NCBI GenBank assembly: GCA_001949185.1
Contig: BDGG01000003.1
Coordinates: forward strand, 4,647,092-4,711,091
Source: Ramazzottius varieornatus
Lineage: Eukaryota; Animalia; Tardigrada
Direction: 5' to 3'
DNA length: 64,000 nt
Shown: positions 49,580 to 63,925 of the stretch, in pieces
Numbering within the stretch: the first letter of the stretch is position 1
Layout of the letters: the number at the start of each line of letters is the position of its first letter
Notes under the pieces: generated by a model
Database searches by the model: none
What the model was told of the DNA's origin: nothing
What the model saw: only the letters and a program-made list of their open reading frames with translations
Translations under genes and position numbers: made by a program

Positions 49580-49925
49580 CGGATCGCTTCTTCAAGTTGC
49601 GCACATTTTCAGCCAGAAACACCGAAAGCATGCGTCACTGTGAAAAATGGCCAAACTTGACAACATTGTTTCTCCAAGTGGCGCAAGCTACTCGCCAGTA
49701 CGAGGTAAAACTAGTGGAGTTGGCAATGTGAAATTGCACGGTGGGGTTGTCAACAAGAGAAACAGAGAGANNNNNNNNNNNNNNNNNNNNNNNNNNNNNN
49801 NNNNNNNNNNNNNNNNNNNNTTCTCTTGTTACAACTTCCCCATGCGATTTTGCATTGACAACTCCTCTAGTTGTACCTCGTAACGCTGCAGCTGTGCGTC
49901 ACTCTGAAAAACAGCCGAGCTGGCG
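49580..49925. repeat. TGGCGCA palindromic element, 2 or more units, one split by the TA-flanked insertion
   Basis: Intact unit at about 49594-49640; interrupted unit at about 49676-49903. Confidence 0.85.
49701..49880. mobile_element. Tc1/mariner-type TIR element or MITE with TA target-site duplication; interior hidden in the N gap
   Basis: TA|CGAGGTAAAACTAG...CTAGTTGTACCTCG|TA, with about 60-bp imperfect inverted arms on each side of the gap. Confidence 0.75.
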
Positions 49926-50424
49926 CGAAACCTGTGACTTCCACAATGTCGAAAATGCATTTAAAGAAGGTTCCGTTTTTGAACTCTTTCGAAGTTAAAC
50001 ACCAAAAGGGCGAGAAATTTCTCTCGAAAACGGTTGAGATAAGCATCTAAGGAAGAAAATGTGGCAGGCGAATCCTGGATGAGGGTGAAATATGATGAAG
50101 ACATTCTGTGATGTAAGGAAGACATTTTCTGCTGATCGGGATAACGCTCCTTTATCATGGGTCTTCAGCAACGACTCTTTCCTGTCCATCAATGTGGATG
50201 GCTCGCAAGATGAGCACGGGACTAACGCCCAAGACCTAGATGAGTTCGCGCAGCCCCTTGCTCGGTTGCAATCTGATGGACCAGATCACTATGTCCCATG
50301 ACAGAAAATATAACGCAGTTGGAATTTTATGAAAAGATACTTACCTTCCCCATAATATTATTGGACGTGTGACTAACTCCGGGATAAAAATAGGATTTCG
50401 ACAAAGAAACGTACAAGATGGATA

Positions 50425-50480
50425 TCAGAAGTGGGGCAAACTTCTAGCCAAAACCAATGAAAAAGTGCGCCACTTCGGGC
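50425..50480. repeat. TGGCGCA palindromic element, core only, intergenic
   Basis: GAAGTGGGGCA..agccaaaacc..GTGCGCCACTTC. Confidence 0.75.
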
Positions 50481-50679
50481 CAACGTTTTTGTTCATTCCA
50501 TCTGCCGATTTCCCAAATGCACTGCGCGGGTACGTTAGTGAAAGTCAAATCTTCTTCACACCACCACATGGCAAAGTTATGAAATTCTTATAAATCGTCA
50601 AACCAACAATCCACGAAGCTTTGTCCACAAAAGTTTTCTCTCGGCCTACGCATCAACCGATTTATATCTTATTCACAAA

Positions 50680-50950
50680 ACCAGGTGTTTCCGGTGGTAT
50701 CGAAGAAGTCCCTTATGAAGAGGTAATTCGTTTCCGGTACGTCCACAGACTCTCAACCCATTTCGGGTAGCTCTTTGAGGTCCGTATGATTTTCCGTGTA
50801 TGTCTCCGTAGATGGTAACATGTGAGTCGATCGTCTGTACATTCCCTTCCTCCGAACCTTGGCGCACAGTGCTTCTACCTCCAACTCGCTGATAGGCTCG
50901 TAGTTCCACAGCATCTCGATCTGACGCTCCAAGTTGTTAGTCGGCACCAT
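50680..50950 (-). pseudogene. Ser/Thr phosphatase catalytic subunit (PP4C/PP2A-like) pseudogene fragment
   Basis: NLERQIEML..SELEVEALCAK / EEGNVQTIDSHVTIYGDIHGKSY / DLKEL..*..DVPETNYLFIRDFFD, across two frameshifts and a stop. Confidence 0.8.
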
Positions 50951-52221
50951 CACACAGTCTACTATACCTGGAGCATTGAAACACATAGGGTCGCGAAGGG
51001 TATCGAAACGATTCACAAGATTCCGAAGAAAATCAGTGGTTGGACCAATAGCAAGTCAAAATTGGCCATATTTTCGCAACAAAATAAATTCCGTACTTAC
51101 GTTATCATGTTCGCAGTCGATTGTGGAGCGACGACGTTAGACCGCCGAATTGGGAGACCACGTTGTCAAATACAAAACGGGCTGTGCAGTCAGCTGGGCA
51201 TCAATCAACAGAACGAGGCGAACATTCGGAACGTTTAGCTATCCAAAATGAAGTTCAGACTAGGTCGTGACGTCATATTCTCCACCAGAAAATGTGTACC
51301 TGGAACGGCGCCCGCTGTGACACTAGTCCCCCCGAGGCCATAGCACGCACTATGCTGTCTTGACTCTTGATGACGGGATGATGCCCGTTCTCGTTCTTGT
51401 GGCTGTTGGCATGCTTTACCATGGTGATGCCCATGGCGAAACGATGTGGGGTCGCCAAGGCATGAGTAGAGTTGCTGGAAATTCTTCATTTCCTGTATAA
51501 ATCTGCGATTGGCTCAATTCAACTGCTTTGTTCAGCCTCTTTACCGGCTGAATGCACGCAGTGCAAGTTCTCGTCAACCAAGCAGTCTTGTAGTTATTCA
51601 GCGTTCGAGTGAATTCAATCGAGTCAAACGGTGACGAAACCGCTGTTTCTAGGTGCGTGTCGTCGTGTTCTGATGCTCACTGCACACCTACGCTCGACAC
51701 CTGTTCCTTCATTCGCCAAATTCGCTAAAAACTGAGAATTTCCAGCAAGTCTAGGCATGAGCAGGCTGGCCAAGTGAGTCACTCCGAGTTCGAATGGAAT
51801 GATCGTGTAATGAGTCATTCGAGATGTTTTCGCCCATTGAGATTCTGATCTGATCCGCCTCACTACGTCATTCCGCACTCTAAATTTCAGATTTCTTTCC
51901 ATATCGCGCTTCAGTTAGTCCATCTTCCACCCACAATCACACGTAGTCAAATCACACTCTTCGGATGGAGTTTTGGTGTTCATCGGATACGATCGGCAGG
52001 GGATCGCTTTCGACTGATCGTGGGTGCTGAGGTGGTAAGTCGTTGTGACATTCCGGCCTATCGCGCTCCTCCTTCGGTACCTTCACCTATTGTTTCCGAT
52101 TCTAGCCTCCGCAAGATTTCCTTCGTGGACTGTTTCCGGAAGCCGAGGAGTGTCTGACCCATCCGTTCTATTCCTTTGCCACGTGTGGCGTTGTCTTGCG
52201 GATCAAGCGGAGCGCGGCGTC

Positions 52222-53802
52222 ATGGATCACTTGAGTAAGTGCAGTGTTTACTGAGGCAAACTTGATCTTTAAGCTGGAGCGTAACCAGTGTTTGTTGTTT
52301 TTGCTACTCTACCTCTTGGATTCCAGCTATTTTTCGTGAGCATCAATTGGTATGGGATAACTGGAATAAATGTCTTTGCTTGGTAGTTAACAGCGACGCC
52401 AACGCGAAGAGGATCCAACGGGTGGAAAGCTCCTTCACGGCAGGCGAGCCCTTAATGAAACCTGGACGTGTCCTTCTGGGCGAAGGAGTGCTGACCAAGA
52501 TCTGTAAGAAGAAAGGAAAGGCCAGGCAGTTCTTCTTGTTCAACGACATCCTCGTGTATGGCAACATTGTCATCAATAATAAGAAGGTGACTTACGTTAA
52601 CGAAATAGTTGGGGAGCTCGGCAAACAAATTCAGCGGCATCATCATCTGAAGTGGCGCACTTTTCCATTTCTACAGCTAGAAGTGTGCGCCACGTGCAAA
52701 AACGCCCTTGTAGCGTTTGTTTGCTCGAATTAGCAGCTCTGCTTTCCTCTACTGTTCGAAGCCATACAATCTAACTGCGGTTTCTTTTCGTAGTTCAAGC
52801 AGTTTAACAAGCAGCGAGTTATACCCCTGGAAGAAATTAAGCTCGGCGACATGGAGGACGAAGGCAGTAAGAACTTGATATCGTCATCGAGGATAACTCT
52901 ATCGTGCATATAAATGCACTGTCAGCGCATTCTCCTCCTTTCCTTTTTTGTAGATATCAGAAATGGCTGGTTCATCTGCAGCAGAAGCAAGTCCTTCGCG
53001 GTATTTGCTTCGACACCGATAGAGAAGCAGCAGTGGATTGACCATATAAACAGGGCTGTCGCCGATCATGTCCGACATGGTGAGAAGTTCTTCGGACTAA
53101 AGTAGAGTTCTTGTACTAAGCGAACCGTCCGTTTTTTCCAGCCAAAGTAATCCTTCCCTCCACTTTCGCCGCAACAATGGTCCCGGACAGCGAAGCGAAA
53201 AGCTGTATGCATTGCCAAAAGTCCCAATTCACCTTCGTGAACAGACGAGTAAGCTAGGACGCCAGCAGATGCTTTGAACAAAACCGTTGTCCCAAGTGGC
53301 GCACTCTTGCAGCCAAAAACAGATAGATTGTGCGCTACTTGAGGTAACGATCCTGTCCCAGCTCTTACCCAACGTACTTCAGTTCCGGTTGTTTACGGTT
53401 TACCCATGGTTCTTTTTCTCTCTTTAGCATCACTGCCGAAAGTGCGGCTACGTTATAGGTGCCTGTTGTAGCCAGTTCGCCGTGATCCCGGAACAAAGCA
53501 ACAAATCTCAAAGAGTGTGCCCGACCTGCGCAGCTGAACTACAACGAATCGAACAGCGAAACGGCCGACTGTCCAACGGTAAGTCGTTTTATTGCTTGTT
53601 CAGACAACTTTATTGTAATTTCCATCACCGTTCTGTAGGGTCCATGGGTAATACTCCAGAGTCTCCCGCGCCGGAAGAGTCCGACGACGACAGCTACGGC
53701 AGTCCGAATGGTTCGCGCCAAGCCCACTCTGCCGGCATCTTCTACGACCGTGAAAGCCATATCAAAAGACTGTCTTCCGAAGACGAAGGCCAATCAGTAT
53801 AG
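52222..53802 (+). CDS. PLEKHF2: PH and FYVE domain protein (phafin)
   Basis: NSDANAKRI..PGRVLLGEGVLTKICKKKGKARQFFLFNDILVYGNIVI, RNGW..KSFAVFAST..EK..W, RRHHCRKCG, RVCPTC, acidic ESDDDS tail. Confidence 0.93.
52611..52740. repeat. TGGCGCA palindromic element, 1 unit, intronic
   Basis: ggggagctcggcaaacaaa arm plus core. Confidence 0.9.
53275..53365. repeat. TGGCGCA palindromic element, 1 unit, intronic
   Basis: CAAGTGGCGCAC..GTGCGCTACTTG. Confidence 0.85.
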
Positions 53803-54282
53803 TCGTCCCTCACCCTCATTGTGCCTTGTTTGTTTTTCTTCCCTTTGGAAACCATGGTTATAAATTCCAGCCAGTTGTACAAAAGTGGAATTTTCTTGTT
53901 TGAATGAAAAGTCCATCCGCTGAGCTTTTTGTATATTATATGCATTCCCGGATCCTGGTTGGAAAAATGCATATTTTTACGACATTGTGAGTCTTCCTGG
54001 CTTTTGTTTACAATATCTGATTCTGTACGACAACCGATGTGATTCTGTCGATAATCGAATATAGTTTATACGGTGTTGACTTTTTGTTTACAGCCGTTTT
54101 GTGCGCTTCATAGCATGCGTTGAAATAATGACATAAACAATGCTTCATAATTATTCAATATTGAAAATGAATTTAACGAACGTTCAAAACAAGAAAAAAT
54201 ACGGAAAAATTCAAAACTCAACATCACAGATTAATAACAGAGTAATACTTCGATATAATAAAATGCTCCATCATAGAATCGA

Positions 54283-56319
54283 TCACATAGTACGAGTGGG
54301 ATGCCATGGATCGGTAAAGAGCTCTTTAGGCAGCTGCGTACAGTGCGTCTCCTGTAAATCTTTCATATACAAGTGCGCTAAGTATATCGTCAACTTGCGT
54401 CTTGTATCAAGGTCCAACTTTCCTCCAATGTCCAGAGGAAACACTACATCTCTGGGAGAAGCCATTGCCGTTTCGACGAGCAGGCTGTTCCAGGTATGAA
54501 TCGGAGAACTCTGACTATCTTTCAGGTATTCAGCTTCCAATGCTCCTGAAAGATTTCAGTCTGAAATGAAACTTTACGGAACTTTGAAAGGGAACATCTT
54601 CGCTTACTTTTCGAGTTTGGTTCGGCTCGCAGCCAGGCGTTCAACAGGGGAAAGGTTTCCTGGTTGACGATCTGCGGATACCGATGAGAAAGAATCATCT
54701 TCAGCAGAACATCGCCCCTGTTTACTAATGCTTTCACTTCGCTATCGTGCACCGAGAGGATCTCGTCCATCGTTCTCCTGATCAACAGAATGGGCCCGTT
54801 GTACTGACACAACAGCTCAGCCACATTCAAATTCAGGTAGGTGCGGACTGAATGCTTCACTACTGTACTCATCGCTGGAGGCATCCTTGCGAGCGCCAGC
54901 GGCAGAAGATCGTCGAAAGTGGCATCCAACACCACCCCTAAACCAGAAGAAACATCTTCAGCATTGACAACATCAACGTGGAGCTCGACAGACTCGTCCA
55001 GATCATCTCCCCGGGGTGGCGCACACTTCCAGTGAATACCACTGGAAACGCGCGCCACTGCGACAAACTCGATAACACTGCTTTTCCAAGTGGCGCACGC
55101 TTCTGCCAATAACACTGCCAACGCGCTCCACTTGAAAAAACCGCCTTGGACGAGCTTTGATGAGCTTCCAACGTCAAAATAATCACTTTTCTTCTTACCT
55201 TTCATTTGCGGGTAGGCGGAAGCCAGCCAGCTTGCCGGATACCCACCGATGGACCAGGCGAAGACCATGACGTCCGCTTCACCGAAGCCTAGATGTTCAA
55301 CAGCATACCGCATGACGGCGTCAGCAGCGTGGAGTTCTTGGCTTGGTAGTGGTTCGCCAGTTGAGCAGCCGAAGCCTGGGTGGTTCCATCCGAGGACAGA
55401 GTACTGGAGCTGCATAGGTGTGGCCATGATACCTATCTCGTAGAAGCCTGCGTTGCCTTCGCAGCAGATCACCAGAGTTCGTCCCTTTTGGTCTAGAGTG
55501 TGGCGGTTGTCGACGAAGAGCGTGTCGATGAAGCTGCCATCGAATGTGCGAATCTTGGCTCTTTTTGTGTTCAGGTTCCTCTGAAAACAGACAGAACCAA
55601 GTTAAGACCCCCCCCCCCTGCCTACCTTCCAGCACTACGAGGGAAAAGACCAACTTTGAGTATGCAGGTAGGCGAGATGTAATTAGCTTTTATCTCATGC
55701 TCCTACGTACTTCCGGTACAGCATCAAGGATGCGGATAAGTGCATGCAGTTGCTGAAGCATCGTTTTTCGACTTACGCTTTCGATAAACTTCGCTCGACC
55801 ATCTCTCAAAGCAGGCATAAGCATCGCTTTCATGATCTGTAGCGATCCGGGATACAGCATTCTTCTGCCAATGGTCTTGAGCAGAACATATCCGATGATC
55901 TTCCAGACGATGCCTAATCGACCCATCGAGCGATTCGCCATCGGTGACAGAATGGGTTTCTTCAAAGGCGCACTCGCCAGGTACTCGACAGGAAGACTGG
56001 CAAACTCAAAGTCGTACATCTTGAGCAACTGCAACCTACTTTCTTTCGTTGGATTCTTTCTGTGTTCGAGGAATGTCCGAAGAAAGGTGGTGTACTGCGG
56101 GTTGGATCGTCTTCCAACACCTTGCACGAGGACAGCGGCGCCCGCGACGGCGACCACAAAGCCGAATGGCCGAAGCCATCCCATGTCTTTGGCGTACACT
56201 TCGTCCAGAGCGAAGCCATGTCGGTAAAATGCCCCAAGAAGCCAGATGGGAGAGTAGATCTTGAAGAGGATCCATACGCAGCGAGTGGCCAGCAGGACGT
56301 ACGAACTATACCGCTCCAC
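54283..56319 (-). CDS. ABHD16A: Phosphatidylserine lipase ABHD16A (BAT5)
   Basis: GRRMLYPGS, VICCEGNAGFYEIG, LGWNHPGFGCSTG, AWSIGG nucleophile elbow, LDATFDDLLPLA, LIRRTMDEI, THCTQLP. Confidence 0.95.
54985..55170. repeat. TGGCGCA palindromic element, 2 units, intronic
   Basis: Two cores in an ABHD16A intron. Confidence 0.85.
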
Positions 56320-57164
56320 TCTCGTGGGGATGTAATGTCCCTACAAGGAACTACCATCTAATAAGGCTTCTATCAAACGGCCAGCGCTGGTCACGCTTTC
56401 ATATTCTCGAACGACTTTGCTGGAAGAAACTTACGCGAAAAGGTCCAGCGTGAATGTGATGCAGCTCCGGTCCGAGGATCGCTTTCAGAAAGAGCCGCAT
56501 CCTCGCTGGCTCTTATTCCTCTGCGTTTGCAGCGTCTCCGGTTTCACCCGAGTATGTCAGATCCAGTGGATCAAAGGAAAAGCTACGCGAGGAAGTTGGG
56601 AAGAGCTTCGAAAGAATTAAAGAAACGACGATGCCGAGGAGTCGGCCGAGAAAATTCGATCATCATTTAAGACCTGAATTAAAAAAATAAAAACAAAAAT
56701 TTCGAAAGTGGCTGCATTTGGGTTTGTTGGTCTTCATACAGTGTGCAGCCTTCATTACCGATGAAGCTCCGCCTATACAGCTGCGCCATTGTAGAAAATG
56801 TTCCGGCTCCGCCCTTTTCGTCTGCCACTTGACGTCACGCTAAATTCCCACGTTCTTTTGATACGATGCCTTTCAGTCGACCTTGACGAATTTTTCCCAG
56901 ACGTGCACGCACCTGCCAAATTCGTCACGTTTCTTGTACAAACATCCTGCTGCTCATCTCCCGCTCCCCAGTCCCACTTGTGCGGAAGTAACCGGTAAGA
57001 GCGCTCATCCACAATTACATTCCGTGACATACGTTGATGATCGCAGTTGTGAAATCGACAGGCCGGCTCGCATCAGCTGCTCCGTTTTCTGCAGGCAGGT
57101 TGCAGGTCACTTCCTCCTACCATTCCGTTCTGTTGTTTTGCAGATCTGTTCGAACAGAGTCACA

Positions 57165-59992
<2,828 letters not shown>

Positions 59993-60263
59993 TTCCATTA
60001 CTAGCTTAGAGTTTTTTCTGATGGAACACATGTATGAAATGGGTTTCTATCCTGTGGTTTTTGTTTTCGGTGCATCGACTTCCTGTTTCGCGTTAGGCAA
60101 AGCATTGAGTTTATAGTATCGTGACGTCTTGAATTTCTTCTGTACTGGTTTGCTGTTTTGGACGCTACATACGTTTGTGCTTTCCTTAATCAGATTTGAT
60201 AGTTTGCTTCGCCTGCTCATTATCGTTCAAAATTCATACTGTACTGTATTTCTAAATTGAACA

Positions 60264-60370
60264 TTCTGCGCAGTCACATGACAGGCCCATAAATTAGGCT
60301 CCGGGTGACCTTGGTTCGTTCAGCAGGTCCCGGGGATCATTTTATGGACTTGTTATGTGACTGCGCAGAA
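60264..60370. repeat. Long imperfect hairpin between the convergent GPI and FAM98 3' ends
   Basis: TTCTGCGCAGTCACATGACAGGCCCATAAA...TTTATGGACTTGTTATGTGACTGCGCAGAA; arms about 45 bp. Confidence 0.8.
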
Positions 60371-60424
60371 GTTTGGAGGGAATACAGTAAAAATCATCAG
60401 ATGCAAATCTTTCCCTCTAATTGG

Positions 60425-60540
60425 GGAAGCCAGCAAAGGAGACGTACAAGATCGTCGTGTCAAGTTGCGCACCCTTCCGCTTGGTAACAATGAAACGATG
60501 CGCCAGTTGAGGTGACGATCTTGTACGAATAGTTGGCCGA
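60425..60540. repeat. TGGCGCA palindromic element, 1 unit, between convergent genes
   Basis: gtacaagatcgtc..AAGTTGCGCAC..TGCGCCAGTTG..gacgatcttgtac. Confidence 0.85.
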
Positions 60541-60725
60541 TCTGTCACTTCATTGCGAAAGTGCAATATGGATAGACAAAAAGGAGGGAAGCATTGAGAA
60601 GCATCAAGTATCGTGAAACCGTAAGAGAATATTGAAATTAGGATTCCGTTAAGCGAGTGAAAACCGTGGAAAGTACCGGGGTTCGAACAAGGAACAGTAC
60701 GAGTACCAAAATTCCCACATTTCTT

Positions 60726-62420
60726 CTACCAGAAATCATCGCCGCCATCTCCACGCCGTCCACGGCCTCTTCCACCTCCGCGTCCGCCTCCACCGCGATG
60801 CCCTCGTCCGGCTCCGTATCCATGCTGAACCCGTCCTCCGCCTCTTCGGCCACCGCCGCTGCGGTTCCCACCTCGGAATCCGCCCCCTCCACGTCCTCGG
60901 AAACCGCGGCCTCGACCACCAGCCACACGTTCACTAAAGCCGGGCATACCGATCACCGACTCATGCGGGCGACCACCACGATCAGGCACATTACCCATCA
61001 CCGTCTTGTTCACGTTGCACTCGGTGAACTGGCGCACTCCGTGGCTGGAAGTCTTTTCGAGAAGCAGCATGTCGTCACGAGCGGACAGAATGTCCGCCAC
61101 CCCGACCTACGGAAACCGGAACTGAAAAGCCGCCCACCAAAGCGGAAGATCGACATCTCAAGTGGCGCACGCTTCGGATTTTTAACAATAAGAACGTGCG
61201 CGACTTGACGTAACGATCTTGTATGTATGTCCTTATGCCCGTTTTCTACGGAAATTATGCCAAAGCTCAAGCAGGTAAGTGCCCGGCACGGCCCTGGCAG
61301 CAAACTTCGCAGAAAAGGGTAAATTCAACGAGCCAGCAAAAACAAAGTTTGTTCGTCAGATCGTTTCTAGATGCATGACGAGTGATTACCTTTGAATCGA
61401 GGGACATTTCGTGTCGGCTAGGCATGCACACTTCGCTCAGTTGCTTTTCCTTGTTCCGCGCTTTCTCCGACCACGTGAAAGACTGGACCGTCACATCGAA
61501 ACGTTTCAGCAACATTTCGCGACGAAGACGGTACTCAGCGCTCAGAGCGTCGTTGATCTGCTCGAGCTGTTGCCACTGAGCCTGGCTCAACTGAGTTTTC
61601 AAGAGCGCGTTTCCCAGAACTTGGGGTGGAAGATTCTGCATGGCGTTCTGTAGGGTCGTTTCTATCTTGGAGAAAATGCCTGCTGTATCCACGTTTTTCG
61701 GCGGTACACCCAGTCCCAACGCGCTACAGATCTTCCTGATGTCGTCCTCTACCGGAGAAGAGGCCACTCCGTTCTGCATACTGAAGAGATAAAAATGCAG
61801 GGCGATAACAGACAAACGAGAGATCGGTGCGCAAACTGTACCGTCCATCTCACATACCTGCATACTTCCGGTTCATGATACGTGCGAGACAGAAAGTATG
61901 CAGGTACGTGAAAAACGTATGGAATGTCGCTCAAGTGTGTCTATTTCGAAAGAACCTCCTTTCCTTTTTCTAGAAAGCCGGCAAAGTTGTCAAATGGATC
62001 TTGAACAGTTATTAGACCGCTGCTAAACCTTTTGTCCGGTCCAAAGTTGGTGTAGTTCATTCGAGCAGCTGCCAGTTCGCCAAGAAGGAAGTCCAGCAGC
62101 AGCAGACGATTCTCCGGAGTCGCCAGTCGTTCGGCCAACGGTGCGCTCACTAGGCGATTATACGGACACTCCAGCTCGTGTAAGAGACTGCTGACATTCA
62201 TAACGAACGAGTTGAGGTCTTGTGGTGACTGCATGGCGTGGACTTCTTGCTGAAGACGGACATAGCCTTGCAGCTGTTTCGAGATCGACTGAACCAGCTG
62301 GCTGAACTCTGGAGATTCCAACCCTTGGTTGACAAGCTGCTTGAGGCTTTCTTGGCTTAGCGCTTGTCCTCCAAAGGGCACACCCTGTAGCTCCTTCAAG
62401 ATTTCCTCGTCCGCAACCAT
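60726..62420 (-). CDS. FAM98A: FAM98 family protein with RGG-rich C-terminus
   Basis: SSLLHELECPY, RLLLLDFLLGELAAARM, EYRLRREMLLKRFDVTVQSFTWS, KTVMGNVPDRGGRP, RGG tail. Confidence 0.92.
61135..61230. repeat. TGGCGCA palindromic element, 1 unit, intronic
   Basis: TCAAGTGGCGCACG..CGTGCGCGACTTGA. Confidence 0.9.
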
Positions 62421-63264
62421 TCCCGATCCGTTTCTGAGTTTCTACAACGGAAAACCCCCAATAATATTGCACCGTTATACCGTATAAAAAGTTTAGATGC
62501 GTCCGCAGCCGGTGTCTGGACGATTAGAGGCTCACCCAGAGCTTATCTACCTGCAGACAACCTCTGGATATCTGTCAGAGTATCTTGCGTGAAACCGAGA
62601 GGCTGAGAATGATAACACTCCCCGAGAAGATTCACAGCTGTTCAGTTGCTCAGCTTTCTGTTTCGAAAAAAGTGTCTGATGAACTCGGCCTCTGACTCGG
62701 CATCGAAAAGGCTCATACCGCCCGCCATACGGCCGGAACCTCCTCATCAGATCGCAATATCGCGATCTCATAAGTCATAACACTGGTTCTGCGGTGGAGG
62801 AGGCACCTTTGGGATTTTCTCCAGCTCCAGGAAATGACCATTGGCATATCTTCCCGATACTTTGTAGAGAGCCAAGGGTCTCAGCTATCACGTAAAAGCG
62901 TTGATATCGTCATCGGCGAGTGACATGGTCTGAATGATCCCTCGTCAGCAAAATGTCGCAAAGTCTGTCTCCCTACACGTCCGGCCAAAGTTTACTGTCA
63001 ATGTGAATTCCAACCTTCCTCGTGACTGCATTTGTTCAATACTTTCTCGCACCGTCAGCGACTCTATTCGCCGAGTGCCAAAAACCCGCCAAGCGAACTT
63101 CTTACTGTGAGGTTTTGTTGTTTCCTTTCATGTATGTTTCCTGTCGAAACACTCAGTCTAAGCCCGAAGGGTTTCAAGCCCGTAAGATTTTTCCGGGGTT
63201 TCCAAATTTTAACACAGCACTTCCGGCTGTGTAGTTTGTAGTCCAAACTTTTCTCTTCTTCGCC

Positions 63265-63715
63265 ATGAGCACAGTCCAGCAGCTTCAGCGCGGTTTCGCC
63301 AATCTCTTGACCCCCAACGAAGCTGACAAGAAGCCGGTGATTTTGGTGCTGGGCTGCACAGGGCGCACCGGAAACCTCGTGGCACAGGAGCTGGAGAAGC
63401 ACGGGGACGTCGTTGTCCGCCGGACAGCTCGTAAGCCCGACCAGCTCAACGCGTGGAAAGCCGAAGGGACAGATGCAGTTTTCCTTAATATGGACGACCC
63501 AAAGACGTTCGCAATGGCCATGCACGGGGTTGACCGTCTGTACTTGATGACGGAAGCTACCGTTGGAATGTCGACACATGGGAAGACCCTCATTGATGCG
63601 GCGGTTAAAGCCGGTGTCCAACATGTCGTCAAGCTTTCTTGCTACTATCAATGGGACTGTATCGTACCTCAGTGGGCTTGGCTTTAACTGACCGACACCT
63701 ACCTCAAGAATTCAG
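63265..63715 (+). pseudogene. NmrA-like atypical SDR (NAD(P)-binding), first exon, with in-frame TAA; gene runs off the window
   Basis: ILVLGCTGRTG, GVDRLYLMT, KTLIDAAVKAGVQHVVKLS. The frame continues past TAA 63685-63687 as LTDTYLKNS to a G|GTAAG donor. Confidence 0.7.
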
Positions 63716-63721
63716 GTAAGA

Positions 63722-63925
63722 GGGAACTGAGAACTCGGCAAGCAAAGTCGAAAGTTCGCTCTTCTAAGTGGCGCACGTCCCCAGTAAGTAACAATGTGAA
63801 CGTGCGCCAATTGGGAAAGCATGCAAACTCGACTAGTTGGTTTCCTGAATGGCGCACATATCCAGCTAATTTCACCACGTTGTGCGCCACCTCGGAAAGC
63901 AATCTTGTCGGTTCGCTGAGCTTCC
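63722..63925. repeat. TGGCGCA palindromic element, 2 units, intronic
   Basis: Core 63769 / 63803 (27 bp) and a second core. Confidence 0.9.

Noticed and set aside
60657-61208. 183-aa Ser/Thr/Ala-rich plus-strand ORF
   Set aside because: Antisense shadow of the FAM98 RGG-coding tail.
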